64,000 nt of DNA from Felis catus (lineage: Eukaryota): NCBI RefSeq assembly GCF_018350175.1, contig NC_058383.1, positions 11,658,001 to 11,722,000 on the forward strand, written 5' to 3'. The notes under the pieces were generated by a model. The model was given only the letters and a program-made list of their open reading frames with translations. It was not told the DNA's origin and did not search any database. How positions within the stretch are numbered: the first letter of the stretch is position 1; each line of letters begins with the position of its first letter. The position numbers and the translations under genes were made by a program. Shown here one piece after another: positions 59,455 to 64,000 of this stretch.

Positions 59455-59885
59455 TATTAGAATACGGACCAAGCAGTAGTGACCGAGAAGCCCACAACAG
59501 CGACGACGTAAAGAGGAGAGAAATGCATGTATTTTTTTTTTGCCCAGACAACGGTCCCCAGGGAAGTGGATGGGAGACAGCCAGGAGCTTTGCTTTGTGA
59601 GGTCGTACAGAGTCTTAACTCTCTTGTGCTCGGTGATGCCCTACAACGCGGTGCGTGCCAGAATAACCAAAGTTGGGTCATCACGTTCCAGTCCCTGGAA
59701 GGGGCGGGTCTGGGAAGGACAACGCTCCCTTTTTCAGGTGGCGAGGTGACACCTGTGGTCCCATTTCGTTGGCGGTGATTGAGAAACAGCTGGGAAATGT
59801 GGTCTGTAGCTGGGCAGCCCGTTATAATGTTGGGTTTCTATTTCCCGAAAGAGGAAAGGGAGGATGCGCTGGGGGGCCCAAGTAA
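59455..59885 (-). mobile_element. MaLR LTR (MLT1J-like)
   Basis: catcacgttccagtccctggaagg...cagctgggaaatgtggtctgtagctgggcagcc...gaaagggaggatgcgctggggg. Confidence 0.65.
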
Positions 59886-60039
59886 GTTCCCGTTCAGTTC
59901 TGCTGGTCCTGCCTAGGATATGTTACAGCTGATAAGGTCAGGCGTGACCGTGGGCAGACCTCTGTTTATTCATAAATCGTGTGTCTACCTGTAGTGAGAG
60001 TGTATTCACGTAAGCATAGATGCCAATCACAAAACTTCT

Positions 60040-60219
60040 CTTTTAAAAATATTTATTTATTTTTGGGAATGCACAAGCGGGGGAGGGGCATAGAGAGGGA
60101 GGCAGAGGATTGGACGGGCTGACGGCGGCGAGCCCGACGCGGGGCTCGAACTCACCAACCGGGAGATCACGACCTGAGCCGAAGTCGGACGCCCAACCGC
60201 CGGAGCCACCCAGGTGCCC
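60040..60219 (-). mobile_element. Can-SINE, internally deleted
   Basis: TSD cacaaaacttct. Confidence 0.94.
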
Positions 60220-60325
60220 CACAAAACTTCTTTAAAAGCCATCATTTATTCATTGCCTCATATGTGCAAGACACGGGCTGAGAGCTTTCTATAAGTATTT
60301 TATTTATTTTTCATTAAAAAGTAAT

Positions 60326-60498
60326 TATAGCATAGGGAATACAGTCAATGATATTGTAATAACTTTGCACGGTGACAGATGGTAACCAGACTTATTGCGG
60401 GGCTCATCTTGTAATGTAGAAAAATATCGTGTCACTGTGATATACACCTGAAGCTAATAGAATATTGTATGTCAATTACACTTTAATAAAAAAAAAAT
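60326..60498 (+). mobile_element. L1 3' end (L1MA9/L1_Carn-like), apparently inside a MIR
   Basis: tatagcatagggaatacagtcaatgatattgtaataactttg..ggtgacagatggtaac...tacacctgaagctaatagaatattgtatgtcaattacacttt plus poly-A. Confidence 0.85.
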
Positions 60499-60639
60499 CA
60501 CATTCTTATTGTCATCATTGGGGCTCAGAAGAATGGTCCTGCCTCGTATCTCACAGTGACAACATTTCTGAGTTCAGCGGGCAGAGCCTGCGTAGGCCCG
60601 GGTTATACACTTGGCCGTGGGTAGAGAAGTCCTGCGCGA

Positions 60640-60775
60640 TTGACCTTCACCGCCTACAACGGCCCCATGGGATGGGAACTGGCATCATCTCCAATTTACG
60701 CTAGCGAAGTAAGATCGACTGGCAGAGGAGGGGTCCGCACTTGGCTCTCAGGGCTTCAGCCCACCTTCTCTTACT
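60640..60775 (-). mobile_element. MIR fragment
   Basis: caacggccccatgggatgggaactggcatcatctccaatttac. Confidence 0.5.
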
Positions 60776-61699
60776 ACCCCTGGGGTCACCTCCATCGTGG
60801 TCACCCACCAGCGGGCACGGGGCTTGCGGGCGTCGCCCCGCAGCGCACGCAGCGTGCCGACAGGTGCCACGTGTAAGGTGGCCCCACCTCTCCCCGAAGG
60901 GGTTCACAGGTGGCGGCCTGCAGGGCCAATTTCAGACAGCAGCTAATTCCGATTTGTTATTAATAACAACAGTTCAAAGAACATTTGGTGGAAGACTGCG
61001 GGATCCGGGGCTGTTTATGCGAAGGGTTTAATGGGAGGATGCGCAGCTGTAGCAGTCGGATGTCGCCGGGGCCCCTCTGGAGTGTCCCGCCTTGTTTTCC
61101 TTTGTCTTTGAACAGACTCGGAGGGTGCCACGTGCGAGCCTGGATGGATGGTTTTGAACCACAGCTAATTAAAAGCAGGCGCTTCCCTGAGGGTTAATGA
61201 GGAAGGAAAGTGAAATCACCCGGGCCAATTCCCCTCTGGTCTGGGCTGTTACTTCCTGGAACAGAAGGGCATGTGGCCAGGGTGCAAATGGGGATAGGAA
61301 GCCCTAAGATACTGAGCCAGCAGTGGAAATGAGACACACGGCGTCTTGATCCGTCCATCCCGGCTGCGGTCTGCCAGAGGACCCCGTCTCGCTTGGCGCC
61401 CGCGTTGACGTGGTTCCTCTCCTGGCCGTGAACCTTAGCATCCTTGGGGAAAGGTTCTCCCGTGGTCAGGGATGCCCTCATGGAGCCAGAGACCGTCCAG
61501 CTCCCGACCGTGTGAATCTGCTGCTGATCCCGCATGGATGGCCCTGCACCTCCAGGGAGATACAGCCCTCTAGTGCCCAGCCTTGAGGAGCCGAGAAAGC
61601 CTCTGGAAACTGGCATGCTTCCGGGGGGGGGGGGGTGGGGGGGGTGGGGAGGTTCATCTCTTTTTTTTTCTCCCAGATGAAGCCATCCCAATCCCCAGC

Positions 61700-62360
61700 A
61701 CCTTACTTTTGCATATGAAAGCCCTGGTAATTACTACTTTCATCCTTAAAGCATGCAAGTGACACGCAAAATTAGCACTTGAGAGGATCCACTTTTAGAC
61801 CTTGTTGTAAAGCAAAACTTATTATTTGAAGATAAATCAATTTCTGTTGCCTGTATTTGCGGTTTCCCCCAGATGGCTAATTACTAAAGATAAATGTGTA
61901 TAAACACAAGCCTTATCCCTCTCCATCCATCTTCCCTGACTGCCTGTTTATCCAGAGGTTAATAATTGCAATCCTGTAGTGTATTGCCATAGTAATGGCT
62001 TTGATGGGCCCGACAAGTTTACGACCTTTTATTACAAACAGAAGGACATGCGTTGCAAGAAAGGAAGGTCATTTTAGAGATAAATGTGCAGATAACTAGG
62101 CTCCATGAAACAGAGCCAAGAGGAAAAAGAAAACACAAAACAAAATATAAAGAGGGGGGTTAAAAAAAAACCCACACAATTGCACAACACAAACAGCATA
62201 CATGTCACGGAAATCCGTTTACAGCAAAATTAAATAAGGTTCCTGCAAGCATTAATTTTCATATTTTCTGTTTATGCATCGTTGGAATTAGTCCCCGGCT
62301 TTGATTTACGAAGAGTAAGACCAGGCACTATCATTCAGACATTTGCCAAATTCATTTAAG
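61700..62360. promoter_or_regulatory. Candidate enhancer (HOX/PBX/TCF motif cluster)
   Basis: No repeat recognised; CTTTGAT 61999 and 62299, TTTACGAC 62018, TTTATTAC 62028, TGATTTACG 62302, many TAAT cores. Confidence 0.45.
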
Positions 62361-62624
62361 GGCTGGAACTTCCATTCAGATGGGACCAAATCCCTCTCTG
62401 GTCGAAAGGGCAGGTGGAAAGTAATATGTCTTCATAAGAGTAGCTGAGGATTGACGTGCAGATTGTGTTTTGCCCTCCCTCCCTCCCTTCCTTCCTTCTC
62501 TCCTTCCTTATCATAAAACATTCTCATCTCCTAACTGGGAAACAACACAGAGGAATGACGTCTTCCTGGCTCCCCATTTCCCATCCCACTTTCGGGAGAA
62601 GACCAGCTCGGAGAGATGGCTAAT

Positions 62625-62800
62625 GAAAAATATAACTCTGATATGTGCAAGACACTGTTCTAAGCCATTGACAAACATTACCTCATTTTTTGCTCCTCAC
62701 GAAAACCCTAAGGAGGTGCTATCATTGTCTCGTTTTATAGGTAAGAAAACAGAAACCCGGAGAGCTAAGTAGCCGGCCAAAGGCCAGAGGGGGACCAACG
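62625..62800 (-). mobile_element. MIR
   Basis: atgtgcaagacactgttctaagc...ctcatttt..ctcctcac..aaccctaaggaggt..tatcatt...ttttataggtaagaaaacagaa. Confidence 0.8.
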
Positions 62801-62808
62801 GGAAGCAA

Positions 62809-63134
62809 GATATCCGTCCACCTGGGCCGCCCTCACAAAATCCCGTGGTCTGGGGGGCTTATAAACAAGGGAAATCTACTTCTCACAGTTCTGGAGGCCG
62901 GAGGTCCAAGATCAAGGCACCCACAGATTCAGTGTCGGGTGAGAACCCGTTTCCTGGTTTGTAGATGGCTGTCTTCTCATTGGCAAAAGGGTCAAGGGAG
63001 CTCTCCCCGGGGTCTCTTTTATCAGGGAGCTAATCCCATCATCTTCTGAGGTCCCCACCTCCAAATACCGTCACACTGGGACTTAGGATTTCAACATATG
63101 AACTTGGGGGAGATACAACGTTCAGACCATAGCA
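62809..63134 (-). mobile_element. MLT1A0-like solo LTR
   Basis: ggcttataaacaa..tctcacagttctggaggccggaggtccaagatcaagg...ttaggatttcaacatatgaacttggggg..acaacgttcagaccatagca. Confidence 0.88.
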
Positions 63135-63293
63135 AGGAGTCAGATGCCCGTTTGTAGGTCTCCGAGGCCTTAGCTCATCTCTTAGCTGAGATACCATCCT
63201 GCACCTGAAGCCGGTCACTCTCTTGTGCTGGCGAGTGGTCGAGGGGCCCACGCTGACACTGAACACATAGGACTTCCTGACCAATGTTCTGTC

Positions 63294-63432
63294 TGATACG
63301 CTGGGTCGCACCTGAGAAAAATTATCCTGGACAGAGTTAAGTAGGCAAGGAAGACTTTATTCAAGACTATTGCAATAGGGGAGAGAGATTGAACTCGACA
63401 CCAAACACAGTGGGGGCAGCTGGGGACTTAGA
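63294..63432 (-). mobile_element. ERV1 (MER4-group) LTR 3' fragment
   Basis: gagttaagtaggcaaggaagactttattcaagactattgcaataggggagagagattgaactc (aataaa on the minus strand). Confidence 0.65.
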
Positions 63433-63457
63433 TCGTAGGCGGTGTTTCTGGTTGAGC

Positions 63458-63650
63458 CTCGGTCGGTTGAGCGTCCGACTTCGGCTCAGGTCACGATCTC
63501 ACGGTTCGTGGGTTCCCCACGTCGCGCTCTGTGCTGACGGCTAGGAGCCTGGAGCCTGCTTCCGATTCTGTCTCCCTCTCTCTCTGCCCTCCCCCGTTTG
63601 CGTTCTGTTTGTCCGTCTCTCTCTCAAAAGTAAATAAACATTAAAAAAAT
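63458..63650 (+). mobile_element. Can-SINE lacking its first ~16 nt
   Basis: ctcggtcggttgagcgtccgacttcggctcaggtcacgatctc...aataaacattaaaaaaa. Confidence 0.94.
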
Positions 63651-64000
63651 GTTAGAAATACAAAGGCAGAAATACTTCCAGGCCCACAGCTCTATTCCAT
63701 GCTTTCTGCGAATGGCACCTTGTATGTGCTGTGTTTGCTGAGTACGTCTAGGTGTTGTTCTCGTTTGGAATACTCTCAGAACCTCTGGGTTTCAGGAACC
63801 AGTGTGAATCTGCCCTGAGCATTGAATCCAACAGTACAGAAGAATTTAACTCGAGATATTCTGATTTCTTTTTTCTTTCCTCTCTGAATATTCCTTACTG
63901 AGCTATATCCCAACTCAATCCAACCCCCAAACTAACCTTCCAGTTAAATTCCCTTTCTGTGAGATTTAAAGATTAAACTAGGACCGCACTGTTTGTATAA

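Noticed and set aside
3690..60245. Recurrent ORF family (MAQSVKRPTSAQVMISRF..SSPASGSVLTAQSLEPASDSVSPSL and its antisense frames)
   Set aside because: These are translations of Can-SINE copies, not a paralogous gene family
1..64000. CRISPR array, operon, non-retroviral endogenous viral element or processed pseudogene
   Set aside because: No regularly spaced repeat-spacer array, gene-dense segment, or recognisable viral or cellular protein remnant seen by eye; a six-frame BLASTx of the repeat-masked sequence would be the decisive test for highly decayed remnants

Overview
Mammalian genomic DNA, very probably a cat/felid: about 38 carnivore tRNA-derived SINEs (Can-SINE/SINEC), including four near-identical young felid-type copies. 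I find no supportable protein-coding gene, RNA gene or prokaryote-type system. The listed ORFs come from SINEs, microsatellites, decayed L1/L2/LTR sequence or chance. The window reads as intergenic or deep-intronic DNA: layered transposon fossils (MIR, L2, old L1M, MaLR MLT1 and ERVL MLT2 solo LTRs, MER5, ERV1-like LTRs), a ~5 kb nested L1 complex at 20.8-26.2 kb, and repeat-free AT-rich islands with clustered HOX/PBX/MEIS/TCF-type motifs that are candidate developmental enhancers. All repeat family names come from my recall of consensus sequences, not a database search. Subfamily calls and old-repeat boundaries are approximate. I did not find a convincing previously undescribed biological system. 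The best leads are the motif-rich islands, a local ~180 bp duplication, nested inverted SINE clusters and possibly polymorphic young SINEs.
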